Assembly: GCA_964016885.1 (NCBI GenBank)
Contig: OZ024743.1
Coordinates: forward strand, 241,552,001-241,616,000
DNA from: Eledone cirrhosa
Taxonomy: Eukaryota
Direction of reading: 5' to 3'
DNA length: 64,000 bases
Positions 25,385 to 38,015 of this stretch are shown piece after piece. Under the pieces are notes generated by a model. It made no database searches. It was not told the origin of the DNA and was given only the letters and a program-made list of their open reading frames with translations. The translations under genes and the position numbers were made by a program. Position 1 is the stretch's first letter; every line of letters begins with the position of its first letter.

Positions 25385-25462
<78 letters not shown>

Positions 25463-25659
25463 CCAAAGATTAATACGGTTCGTTGATTAATCTACGAATA
25501 CAATTTTACAATAGATCAGAAGCACTCAACAGTTATTTTCCTGGAGTATTTAATATTATTCAAAATATTAATCGATCTGACCTGACTCAGTAACCCGCGG
25601 CTCGTCAGACCACTTGTGATGTTAATGGAAAAAAATATTTTTGCATCAACATTACAAGG

Positions 25660-25748
25660 GGTCTGACGAGCCGCGGATTACCGAGTCGGGTGAGATCGAT
25701 ACAGATCGAACGAACCTTGAGCTGATCAGTGGCGAAACGCGCGTCACC
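25660..25748 (+). ncRNA. Canonical minimal type-I hammerhead ribozyme
   Basis: GGT-CTGACGA-GCCGC...GTGGC-GAAAC GCGC GTC-ACC; palindromic stem III (ACGCGCGT), GUC site at 25743-25745, AATAAA at 25753. Its 5' half is mirrored at 25571-25623. Confidence 0.85.
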
Positions 25749-25797
25749 AACCAATAAACGTAATGAAGGAGTGGCCAATCGTCCTTGTTATCTTATG

Positions 25798-25853
<56 letters not shown>

Positions 25854-25859
<6 letters not shown>

Positions 25860-26891
25860 TTTACATATATATATACATACATATACATATACGTGTTTTG
25901 CAACTGGTCACTTTGTGGCTCAATGAAAAATTAATAAATTAAACAATCAGAGCTATATATCATAAAACATGTCTATAGAATCACAAGATAAAATTTATAC
26001 TATTTCATCTCCCATATAGCATAATTAATTATATAAAAAATCGAATAGACCAGGCTATAAGAATGAGGCTTATATGAAGAAATCTCCGACAAATAACCGA
26101 AACTAGTGCTTCGCGTCGGCCGGAGCGGAATATTTATCGAATATTTCGACAGCGTAATCGCCCAGATATAGTCAACTAAACAGAATTAGGTGTGAAATAA
26201 ACTAGGAGAAAATAGAATACATTTAAATACCTCTACCATGGTTTCGTCCGTATTTTGAGTTTTCCAATAATTATGTAATAATTATATAAGTTGCAAAACA
26301 CGTATATGTATATGTATGTATATATATAGGTAAACTTTTATATGTAATAATCTCCCATCAGGTTGAGATACAAATTTGGCTGTATTGTGCTGTGCTTTCT
26401 AGCAAAAATGCCACCAGTCGTAAGCAACTACCACACCCCTTCCAACCTGACGGCGACTACGGCACGATTTTTAGCCATTTTGAAATGAATTCTTGGCGCG
26501 ATCACTTTGAAAAATTTAGTGTCTAGATAAGAGCGAGCTTCCTGATGAATCCGGCGCTCGAGTTTATATAATTATTACATAATTATTGGAAAACTCAAAA
26601 TACGGACGAAACCATGGTAGAGGTATTTAAATGTATTCTATTTTCTCCTAGTTTATTTTACACCTAATTCTGTTTAGTTGACTATATCTGGTCGATTACG
26701 CTGTCGAAATATTCGATAAATATTCCGCTCCGGCCGAAGCGAAGCGCTAGTTTCGGTTATTTGTCGGAGATTTCTTCATAGAAGCCTCATTCTTATAGCC
26801 TGGTCTATTCAATTTTTTTATATAGTTAATTATGCTAATTGGGAGAGGAAATAGTATATATTTTATCTTGTGATTCTATAGACATGTTTTA

Positions 26892-26899
<8 letters not shown>
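25854..26899. mobile_element. Non-coding HHR fold-back element (retrozyme-like)
   Basis: Inverted arms 25954-26289 / 26564-26899 and 25854-25905 / 26289-26341; (TA)n flanks; no ORF. Confidence 0.8.
26538..26623 (+). ncRNA. Minimal type-I hammerhead ribozyme
   Basis: CTTC-CTGATGA-A-TCCG...CGGA-C-GAAAC CATG GTA-GAGG; palindromic ACCATGGT stem III. Confidence 0.85.
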
Positions 26900-26925
<26 letters not shown>

Positions 26926-26984
26926 CACACATATATATATATACATATAAATATACATACATATATATATATACACACACATAC

Positions 26985-27024
<40 letters not shown>

Positions 27025-27404
27025 CCAAAATTAAGATAAATCAAATGAATTTAATCCAAATCAAAATTATGGGTGTCATGCCAGAAAGACATGCGCCATA
27101 TCACCCGCAAAATAAGCTCTAAGATTCTAACGAGTAGGTCCGAGCATTTTATAATAACTAGAAATTGATTAACATATAAATAAACATGAATAATCACAGG
27201 AGATAATTTTTACAAGTGTGTAACCACACATAGCTAGGTAGGTAACTACATAAAGTTGACCAGAACTTCAAAAATAGATACCTTATAATATGATTAATCT
27301 TCCCTGTATATATTCCATTAAAGAAATAAATTTCTCCAAATGTAAAAATTATCTCCTGTGATTATTCCTGTTTATTTATATGTTAATCAATTTCTAGTTA
27401 TTAT
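27025..27404. repeat. TA-flanked fold-back element with ~65-bp arms
   Basis: ~27151-27214 is the reverse complement of ~27341-27404; no clear HHR. Confidence 0.75.
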
Positions 27405-27424
27405 ATATATATATACATATATAT

Positions 27425-28440
27425 AACGAAGGAAATGTGGTAAAGAACCAGATGGACTATAACGCACCAAAGTACTCAATACTTAGGGTAGTAGAGTGGG
27501 TAATAGGAACAAGTATGACCCCGACGGCAGAGCTCAAGCCGTTTCGACGGCTAATTCTGGACTAAAGAATTTTTATAATGCAGCCCATCGGTCCTCTGTA
27601 GCCTCAGTAACCCCACCCCCCTAATTTTATGATAGAATTGGCCGATTACACTTTTTATTGCAGATGTGTTAGACCCTAGTGAATTGTGTTCTTTCTGGTT
27701 GCTGCTCCATTTCTGTGGTTTCTAAATTTCTTAGTGGTATTTTTGTATTAGTATTCTTGTATTAGTATTTATGTATTAGTATTTTTGTAGTAGTATTTTA
27801 GCATTTTTGTTCTCAACTTATTAACCTCTCATTGTAAGATATCATTGGCTGATTACTACTAACTATAGCAGTGGTGTTAGAACCCCTGTAAAGCCGCCTT
27901 TATAACATTCTTTTACTACAATCTCGTATTTAGTATTTTTCTCCACCTATTAAACTTTCCTATAGCTTAGAAATACCAATGAGAGATTTGGTGATTGTCG
28001 GAATGGAGTAGTAACCAGAAATTGTTTTTTTTTAAATATATTTATTTCCTTATTTTTATAATAGTTTTTTGTTTACTCCCTTTGGATTTACCTATTCTTT
28101 CAGCCTCCCCCTTCTCCAGTACACTTTTCTCGACCATCTATACACTATCCTTAGAATCTGCTGTATAGATTTCACTTTCAACGCTTGACTGGATTTTCCC
28201 CCACCCCCTCTTTGTTCTACCGGCAAGTTCAGCTACCCCTACCTCCCACCAAATGCCATGATAGAATCATCTGTCTTTACAACAAATTTTTGACCAATCC
28301 TTTTGACAATTACCATCTTCCCATATAAGGAATTACCCCCTGAGAAGTTCGGCTATTTATTTACCAGGCTAAAAATTCTTATTTAGTCCAGAATTAGCCG
28401 TCGAAACGGCTTGAGCTCTGCTGTCGGGGTCATACTTGTT

Positions 28441-28443
<3 letters not shown>
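27425..28443 (+). mobile_element. Non-coding PLE-type remnant with HHR and inverted 3' end; related fragments at 12969-13066 and 40573-40622
   Basis: HHR ACCCC-CTGAGAA-..CGGCTA...TAGCCG-TC-GAAACGGC TTGAGCTCT GCTGTC-GGGGT at 28335-28430; ~27503-27574 is its inverted 3' portion. Confidence 0.75.
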
Positions 28444-28489
<46 letters not shown>

Positions 28490-28835
28490 TTACATAGACA
28501 TACATACCAACACACACACATATATATATACACACATATACATACACATAGACACACACGCATATATATATATATATAAACACACACATATATATATATA
28601 AATATATACATAGACGCAATATATATATACACACACATAAAAAATAATACATACATGCATACAAACGCATTTATAAAATGCAAGCATAATATTCTGTGCA
28701 AAATTATGCGTATATAAACTATTATAGTATTTAGAGAAGAAATATGGTCAAGAAAGTATTTATATATAAACATACACACATATACACGCGCACTTACACA
28801 GACACGCGGACATAAATACACACACACACACACAT

Positions 28836-28908
<73 letters not shown>

Positions 28909-29315
28909 TATATATTTATATATATATACATATAGATTTTACTAAATTTCCATATGTATATACATATAGAAATATATACACATACATATACATGCGTACA
29001 CACATATGTGTATATATAAAAACACACATATATTCGTACATACCTACGCACACGCATGCATAAATAAATATACAAACACACATACATATACATATAAGAA
29101 CAAAAGAAGAAAAGAAAAAAAAAGAAAAATATAACAATACATAAATACACATATGCATGTACGCATGCACGGATGTATGTAGATATGGAAGTGTGGAAAT
29201 GCATATAATAGGAAAAGTGTGTATATGCACAGCTTAAAAAAAAAAATATATATATATATATACTATAAGATATACGTACATAAATATATACACACACATA
29301 TACACATATGTATAT

Positions 29316-29354
<39 letters not shown>

Positions 29355-29355
29355 G

Positions 29356-30366
29356 TATAAAAGAGAAAACACAGGTAAGCATTAAGAGAAGTATTTTATC
29401 CAGATATTTACGACCGTTTCATTGGTAAGTGCAACCTTATATTGCTATACTGCAAATAGCAGCCACTCAATTATAATTGTTGACTATCTTACTCCACGGC
29501 ACCAAATATAGAGGCACACATTGAGATGCTTAATGCTAAAAAGATACATAACAACACCAAAACACAAATTTACAACAATAACAATACAATCACCACCGAA
29601 CACAACAGAATATCTAATACACAACCACCCGCTAATAGGCAAACAAAACGTAACACACTTGTACAGGCATCGCAGCCCACCAATAATGTCAAAGTTGCCC
29701 ATGACAAGAATTGTAACTGCCACCTACCTAAAACCTGTCCATTACATAATGAATGTATGCAGTCTAACCTGGTTTACCAATGCACAGTGGAATCAGACAA
29801 CCAGAAATGGTATTACATCGGAGCAACTGGGAATACATTTAAAGCCCGTTGGCATACACACCGTTACGCAATGAAACATTCCCAGCATCGTAACTACCCT
29901 TGCAAACAAGACCTGGCAACTGATGGAAAGTAACCATCAATACACCCTGAAGTGGAAAACATTATCGAACGCGCCCCCATATCGAAGTGGTATGAGAAGC
30001 TGTCGATTATGCGACCATGAGCTGTTCCACATCTTGAGTTCGAAGAATTAGTTACTCAACAATAAAATCGAAAGATCAATTTATTGTAATCATAGACTCA
30101 AAGAGAAGATTTTGCACTACAAATCGAACCCTTAACCTCTTACTACCAACTGACAAACTGCATATACTTAGACTTTATACCCTCTTGTTGTATATAAACC
30201 CTTTTTATTACCCACAAAACCAATACATATTTCCCCCTCTTCTCCCTCATTCCTCTTCTATTTCTTCGTTTTCTTGCTTCCTTCCCTCCCCTTCTTGGCT
30301 ATCTTTTCTTTTCTTCTTTCTCACCCACTTCTTTGCTTTTATCTTTGTCATTATTATCTTAATCTT

Positions 30367-30432
<66 letters not shown>

Positions 30433-31002
30433 CTCTTTATATCTCCCCGCTCTCTCTCTCACTCTCTTAATTCTCTTTAACTCACTACATTCCACGACAT
30501 GAAGTCTGCTATTAAAAATGACCAAGGAATCCTTCCACCGCTACCCCTCCCTCCATCTCAGTTTGTCACTCTACTTCCTACCTCTTCCCTCTTCCACTCT
30601 CTCTATACTATTCCGTTTATCCCCTCACCTTCTGATTCCTCTCTCTCTATACTAGTAAATACAATTCCAAATAAATGTTTTTCTCTATATATTAAGAATT
30701 ATTTCAAGATTAACTTACTCACTATTTTGAAAATTTGGACACTGAACAACAATTATAATTGAGTGGCTGCTATTTGCAGTATAACAATATAAGGTTGCAC
30801 TTACCAACGAAACGGTCGTAAATACCTGGTTAAAATCCTTCTCTTAATGCTTACCTGTATTTTCTCTTTTATACTTTATACTCCAAGATTGAACGGAATT
30901 CTTACAAACTTGTGGAGTTACCCGTAACCGTACGTAGAAACTAACCATGGAACTGGCTTTCTTAACCAAGAACTGGATCACAATAAGCAATCTTTTGCTT
31001 CT

Positions 31003-31008
<6 letters not shown>
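29356..31008 (+). mobile_element. Decayed Naiad-type PLE with inverted 3' end on the 5' side and a tail
   Basis: CNCHLPKTCPLHNEC..LVYQC..YYIGATGNTFKARWHTH in ORF 29526-29933; frameshifted continuation CRLCDHEL...LLNNKIERSIYCNHR to ~30135; ~29356-29482 is the reverse complement of ~30747-30873; decayed HHR at 30723-30824. Confidence 0.9.
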
Positions 31009-31063
<55 letters not shown>

Positions 31064-31274
31064 AAAAAATAGAGGTGTAACACACGAGTTGTGATATATT
31101 AGTAAAAGGAAAAGAAAATGCTGACAAATTTTTCCCAGTGAAAAATAGTTTAATTAGGAATAAGTATAAATTAGTAATAAGTATTGGTTAGGATTCAGTT
31201 TTAGTTTTAACTTTTTACCGGTTGCGCATTTCTAATGCTTTTGAGATAGAGCGCTCGTGATTTTTGCTCTAATC

Positions 31275-32400
31275 CCTTTTGACGTCTCTAAGGGTTCGTT
31301 CGACAGTGCCGACGTGTGCGATTTAGTTGGATTATTCCTCCTCCACACTCTTAAAGAGAAATTTCCCAACCATACTATCGGCTTATACCGAGACGATGGA
31401 TTGTGTGTCTCTCATACCACCAACGGCCATAAGCTTGACAAATTCCGTAAAGATTTAATTAAAACCTTCTCTACCCCAAACCTCAAAATTACTATAGATA
31501 CTAATCTAGCTAATACTAACTTCCTCGACATCAATTTTGACCTACTTACTGCTTCTTTCACACCCTACCATAAACTTAACGAACATTTAAAATATATACA
31601 CAAAGCGTCTTGCCATCCTCCTATAGTATTTAAAATCCTTATTCCTAATATTAGCCGTAGGATCTCTACCTTATTTTCTTCCGTAGAGATTTTTAATGAA
31701 GCAGCCCCTTATTGTAATAAGGCCCTTAAAATAGCGGTTTCAACAAACAATAATAGGAAAAGAAAATAATATGGTTTACTCCACCTTTCTCTTTAACAAT
31801 TAAAACAAATATAGGAAGAACATTCCTTGAACTTCTAGACAAACATTTCCCACAACAACGTAGATATAATAAGATATTCATTAGAAATTTAGTTAAAATT
31901 AGCTACTCTTGCTGTCCATCCATGCAATCAAAAATTATCAGCATGAGTATCAATAAAGGAAATCCAGGATATAGTTGCAGAAAAGCTGAAAAATGCCTTT
32001 TACAGGGCAAATGCAATACGAAATCAATCGTATACGAGGCTAAAATAACACCTATTGTGATTAACCCGCCTGCCATGAGTGAGCGATATGTGGGTAAGAC
32101 GCAAGATACTACGCACATGTCGTTTCCTTCAAGCACCCAGAAAAAAGAACAACTACGGCGCTGGCAAATAAAGTGTGGGAGTTAAAAGAAAGCAAGATTC
32201 CATATTTGATTTATTGGTCCATCTTAGACTACTGAAAAGAATAGCGGAAAGGCTAAAAGAAATGTTCCTTGTGTATAACCGAAAAATACAAAATCCTGCA
32301 AAATCTGAAAGTTCCTAAAACTTCCCTCAATTCTAAAACTGAGGTTTTCAGAATTTGTCCACACATGAAATCACATCTTCTTTCCAGCTGGTATAATATA
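31275..32400 (+). pseudogene. Decayed RT/GIY-YIG ORF of a second Naiad-type PLE family
   Basis: FDVSKGSFDSADVCDLVG, GLYRDDGL, NFLDINFDL, then (frameshifted) IIWFTPPFS, SCRKAEKCLLQGKC..IVYEA..YVGKT, CSLCITEKYKIL. Confidence 0.88.
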
Positions 32401-32420
32401 ACTTTGGACACTGAATCACC

Positions 32421-32858
32421 CTGCTTCCGCCGAAAATTATAGAAGCTGGTTTCTTATAGAATTCCAGTAATAATCAGGAGATGATTATACAAAGCGATTG
32501 CCGGTCCAGCAAAAATTAGGTATTAGGATTGATGCTGTAAAATAGCGATGTAAACATGAATGTATGTATAGTATATTTGGCAATATACCGTATGTTTGAT
32601 TAAAACCATTGAGAAGACCATACGCTATCCGGCAATCGCTCTGTATAATCACCATCTGATTATTACTGGAATTCTATAAGAATCTAGCTTCTATAATTTT
32701 CGGCGGAAGCAGGTTGTTCGTGGCTCTGATGATCGCCAACCAGCGTGAAGCAGGCTGTTAGCTTCTCTCACTTCTTTCGCCGAAAATAAGTAAGTGACAT
32801 AGTCACTACTTTAAAACCGATAGCGTATGGTCTTCTAAATGTTTTTAATTCAAGCATA
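32421..32858. mobile_element. Non-coding HHR fold-back element (retrozyme-like, ~320-nt monomer)
   Basis: Inverted pairs 32421-32503 / 32629-32713 and 32592-32630 / 32817-32858; HHR GCT-CTGATGA-T-CGC CAACCA GCG-T-GAAGCAGGCTGTT-AGC at 32723-32762. Confidence 0.75.
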
Positions 32859-33141
32859 GCTTTATACAAATATGTATAGAAATTTCGTATTCTAAAGAAA
32901 CACGGTATGTTTACAAGAAACATTTAGGAAGCTGTAGCTATGCAAAAGCCGGGGCTAACGCCCTCTGGTGTTGTCCAGTAGAAGCAAAGGGGACATCATC
33001 ATGTAACCATTCAGGGCATTTTTTCTCTTACACACAGAAGCATCTAGTTTTTAAACATTAAAGCGTAGTCTCTACATTTTAAAACAATCAACCTCATCAG
33101 CACCCAATCATCATCATCATCAACAACATCCACATCATCAT

Positions 33142-33172
<31 letters not shown>

Positions 33173-33319
33173 AGCATTATTGCTTTTGCTTTTGTTATCT
33201 TTACTAATATTATCATTTTATTTCATTATTATTCATGATCCTCCGTAAGAGTTGGTAGGAATACCAGGAAGACAGCGAGTTTGGCTTTTACACCTATCCC
33301 CCCACTTCGTCTGATTGCT

Positions 33320-33462
33320 GAGGCTGGCGCTTTACAGCATCAGCTTTTGCATTTCTTACACTTAATTCAGCCTCCTGCATTCCATCACTCATGAACACGG
33401 CTCGAAGATACTTGAACTTCTCTAACTGCTTCAGTAGAACTCCATTCACATGTATATACATT
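33320..33462 (-). pseudogene. RTE-clade LINE RT fragment
   Basis: IHVNGVLLKQLEKFKYLRAVFMSDGMQEAELSVRNAKADAVKR matches the post-RT FKYLG..F.SDG region. Confidence 0.75.
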
Positions 33463-33656
33463 TGAGGGACTTCTGTCCACCCGTCCATCACGCAATGTGT
33501 ATGTGTGTTTGTGTGAATATATGTGTGTGTAAAAGGAAGGAAAGGGATACACACATATATATGTCTAACTTAAAAACCACACACACGTGTCTCTAATTTA
33601 AGAACGCTGACAAACTCCCGCACGCGCACATACAAACACTGTCCCATTACCACTGA

Positions 33657-34345
33657 AGAGCTTTGGCCCGGGCAAACATCCCCTCAATTTTGGAACCGGC
33701 TGGGTTGTCCTGAATTGATGGGAAAAGACTTGACGATCTTAATCTGTGCTCCTGGTCAAGAGGCACGTGCCTTAACGGGGACGTCACAGTTAGTGACTCT
33801 TTTGCTTCTTCCCACATCCTGGATGCAGCGGTAAGGGCGAGAGCTACAGCATCCGCAGCTGAACGGAACAAAATCTTAAAATACCATGTTCTGTCAGCTA
33901 ACTACATTATCCAGCCTGTGGCGTTCGAGATGTTTGGGGAGTTGGGCTACTGACAGCGAGGTGCTTATCTTCACTGGCGGCTCGCCAAACAGAGGTAACT
34001 GGTGATGCTTGTGAGGGCACTTAGTTGTTCCAGCACCTCAACATCGCCATCACCCCAGGTTACGCTGTGAGCGTGCTGGCTTGCCTCAAAAATTATTAGA
34101 GAGGTTTCCCACTGTTCCTCGCTATATTGCTCTCTTTTGCTCTGTTAGCGGCTCGTTTTCTCACTCTTTCGCCTGCATATTGTTCTGTGTTTATTACCTG
34201 CTTGCGTATTTTTTCTCTTTCTTTTTTGCTTTCCCTTTCCTTTGTATATATTATATTTGTTAGTGTTTTCGTTCTGTAACCATTATATTAAATGAGTTTT
34301 AAAAAAAAACAGTTAATACATATTTAAAGAATTAATAAATAAATA
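33657..34345 (+). pseudogene. 3' end of a CRE-clade non-LTR retrotransposon (RLE domain plus 3' UTR)
   Basis: Manual translation RALARANIPSILEPAGLS*IDGKRLDD..SWSRG..DVTVSDSFA..AAERNKILKY..IQPVAFEMFG..QHLNIAI; absent from the ORF track because of the stop codon. Confidence 0.82.
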
Positions 34346-34804
34346 AAATGTCATACTTGTTTTACCCTCCCATTTCCAATTCACGGAACGCTGCTATCAT
34401 GACTGTATGTGTGTATTTGTGTAAATGTATATGTGTGAATGTATGTATGTTTGTGTGAAAGTATGTGTGAATGTATGTGTATATGTGAGAATTATGTCCG
34501 TGAGCGTGTATTTTTATAAGTTTGTGTTTGCGCGATTATAGTTATATACTCATAATAGTTATATACTCATACATTCATACATATAGATGTATTTATGTGC
34601 ACACTCATACGCGTCAGCGTCTAGAAAATCATAATCTCCCTAACTCTCTCATCACACACTCTCTCTTTCTATATATATGGTAGTTTAAGTGGTGGTAACG
34701 ATATACCGGAAGTGCAACTTTGAAAAGAAGTCAATTTTAAATTATTTTTGTTTACGAAATTTAGTACATAAATTATGTAATATTCATTCATTATTTATTC
34801 AAAG

Positions 34805-34896
34805 GTTAACTTTGCCTTTCATCCTTACGGGGTCGATAAAATAAAGTACCAGTAATACACTGTTTAATTGCTGGCCTTGTGCCAAATGTAGAAACA
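34805..34896 (+). mobile_element. 5'-truncated family A SINE with a 15-bp target-site duplication
   Basis: ATTATTTATTCAAAG at 34790-34804 and 34897-34911 flanks the SINE tail. Confidence 0.85.
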
Positions 34897-35003
34897 ATTA
34901 TTTATTCAAAGTAATCCAACTTATTTTACTATCTGGATTAAAAGAAATAAACCGTACGCAGTTCCGCAGTCCTTCACTACTACTACTACTACTACTACTA
35001 CTG

Positions 35004-35065
<62 letters not shown>

Positions 35066-35279
35066 ACTACTACTACTACTACTACTACTACCATTTGACA
35101 CTTTTAAGCCAGAGTGGAAGAGATTTGATTTTCTTTTATGTCATTGATGTTCTTTGTAAGAGTTTTTTTTTGTTTTTGTTGTAATTTTTTGGAGGGATTG
35201 TTTTTTGTTTCTATATTTTCCTTTTTTTTTGTTTAGCTAATTTTTTTATTATCATTGTTGTTATTGTTGTTGCTTTTGT

Positions 35280-35677
35280 TATCGTCGTCCCCGTCCTCAT
35301 TGCTGTCGTCGTCATCGTCGTCATCGTCAATCGTCATCCTCATTGCTGTCGTCGTCGTCGTCGTCTTCGTTGCTGTCGTCGTCGTCGTCGTCCTCGTTGC
35401 TGTCGTCGTCGTCGTCGTCTTCGTTGCTGCCGTCGTCGTCGTCGTCCTCGTTGCTGCCGTCGTCGTCGTCGTCCTCGTTGCTGTCGTCGTCGTCGTCGTC
35501 GTCCTCGTTGCTGTCGTCGTCGTCGTCGTCGTCGTCCTCGTTGCTGTCGTCGTCGTCGTCGTCGTCCTCGTTGCTGTCGTCGTCGTCCTCGTTGCTGTCG
35601 TCGTCGTCGTCGTCGTCCTCGTTGCTGTCGTCGTCGTCGTCGTTGCTGTCGTCGTCGTCATCGTCGTCCTCGTTGCT

Positions 35678-35710
<33 letters not shown>

Positions 35711-36121
35711 CTCGTTGCTGTCGTCGTCGTCTTCGTCGTCCTCGTTGCTGTCGTCGTCGTCGTCGTTGCTGTCGTCGTCGTCGTCGTTGCTGTCGTCGTC
35801 GTCGTCGTTGCTGTCGTCGTCGTCCTCGTTGCTGTCGTCGTCGTCTTCGTCGTCCTCGTTGCTGTCGTCGTCGTCGTCCTCGTTGCTGTCGTCGTCGTCT
35901 TCGTCGTCCTCGTTGCTGTCGTCGTCGTCCTCGTTGCTGTCGTCGTCGTCATCGTCGTCCTCGTTGCTGTCGTCGTCGTCCTCGTTGCTGTCGTCGTCGT
36001 CGTCGTCATCCTCCTCGTTGCTGTCGTCGTCGTCGTCCTCGTTGCTGTCGTCGTCGTCCTCGTTGCTGTCGTCGTCGTCATCGTCGTCCTCATTGCTGTC
36101 GTCGTCGTCGTCCTCGTTGCT

Positions 36122-36172
<51 letters not shown>

Positions 36173-36320
36173 CTCATTGTCGTCGTCGTCGTCGTCGTCA
36201 TTGCTGTCGTCGTAGTCCTCTTCTTTGCTGTCGTCGTTGTCATCGCAGTTGTCGCTATCGTCGTCGTCGTTGTTGTTTTTTCCGTCGTCGTCGTCATCGT
36301 CGTTGTTGTTGTTATTGTTA
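35280..36320. repeat. (GTC)n array punctuated by CTCGTTGCT
   Basis: Directly visible higher-order trinucleotide repeat. Confidence 0.9.
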
Positions 36321-36649
36321 TTATTCCATTCTATAGTGCAGCATGACAGGGACAGAAAAGAACGACCACCATGTTTAGGGTGCTGTTTTTAAAACATCGA
36401 TTGCTTTCACTTGTAATAATCATGAAAAGGCCGTCACACACTCTCAGTTCGATGTTATTATCACTGATCAATATAGATGACTACACTTTCAACTTGCCGA
36501 CGTTACTCCCTACCTCGTCCTCCTCCTCCACCACTTCTTCCTCCAACATCTCGCTGATGGTGCAACCTGTTTTTACTCCACCGCAAGCTATTTGTGCACT
36601 ATAATATATTGCACACGACATTTCAAAGGTGGTTGCTGCGGTTGATGTC

Positions 36650-37790
36650 TTTTGTTGCTGTTGTTGTTGTTGTCGTTGTTGTTGTCGTTGTTGTTGTCGT
36701 TGGTGTTGTCGTTGGTGTTGTCGTTGGTGTTGTCATTGGTGTTGTCGTTGGTGTTGGTGTTGGTGTTCCTGGTGTCCTTATTGTTATGGCCGTTATTGTC
36801 GTTACTGTTGTTGTCGTTGTTGTTGTTGTTTTCGTTGTTGTCGTTGTTGTTGTCGTTGTTGTTGTCGTTGGTGTTGTCGTTGTTGTTGTCGTTGGTGTTG
36901 TCGTTGTTGTTGTCGTTGGTGTTGTCGTTGTTGTTGTTGTCGTTGGTGTTGTCGTTGGTGTTGTCGTTGTTGTTGTTGTCGTTGTTGTTGTCGTTGGTGT
37001 TGTCGTTGGTGTTCCTGATGTCTTTATTGTTATGGCCGTTATTGTCGTTACTGTTGTTGTCGTTGTTGTTGTTGTTGATGTAGTTGTTGTTGTTGTCGTT
37101 GTTGTTGTCGTTGGTGTTGTTGTTGTTGTTGTCGTCGTTGGTGTTGGTGTTCCTGGTGTCTTTATTGTTATTATTGTCGTTACTCTTGTTACTGTTACTG
37201 TCGTTACTGTTGATGTTGTTGTTACTGTTGTTGTTGTTGTTGTTGTCGTTGATGTTCCTGGTATCGTTATTGATATTATTGCCGTTAATGTTGTTGTTGT
37301 TGTTGTTCTTGTTGTTGTTGTTGTTGTCGTCGTTGACGTTCCTTGTGTCTTTATTGTTATTATTGCCGTTACATTTACTGTTACTGTTGTTGTTGTTGTT
37401 GTCGTCGTTGGTGTTTGTGTTCCTGGTGTCCTTATTGTTATTATTGTGGTTACTGTTGTTGTTGTTATTGTTGTCGTTATTGGTGTCTTTACTGTTATTA
37501 TTGTCGTTACTGTTGTTGTTGTCGTCGTTGTTGTTGTTGTTGTTGTTGTTGATTGTCCTGGTGTCTTTATTGTCATTGTTGTCGTTACAGTTACCGTTGT
37601 TGTTGTTGTTGTTGTTATTGTGTTTGTTGTGTTTGTAGTCATTGTTGTTATTGTTGTTTCCGTTGTTGTTCTTGCTGTTGTTACCATTTTCGTTGTTGTA
37701 GTTGTGGTGGTGGTAGTGGTATTATTTTTGTTGTCAACGGCGTTCCTACCACCGTTGTTGCTGTCAATACTATAACTATTATTGTTGTGT
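36650..37790. repeat. (GTT)n-based array with a higher-order unit GTTCCTGGTGTCTTTATTGTTAT
   Basis: Unit recurs about seven times among GTT/GTC triplets. Confidence 0.85.
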
Positions 37791-37953
37791 GGTTATTGTA
37801 CTTGTTATTTCTGTTGTTGTTCTTGTTATTTGTTTGTTTACTTAGTGTTGTTGATTATGACGAAGTTGACTATGTTGATAATGATGATGATGATGATAGT
37901 GGTGGTGGTGATGGAGACAACGACAGTAGCAGCAACAAAAACAGCAACAACAC

Positions 37954-38015
<62 letters not shown>

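Noticed and set aside
35233-36346. 290-363 aa poly-T/V/S ORFs on both strands
   Set aside because: A (GTC)n array is open in most frames by composition; no coding evidence.
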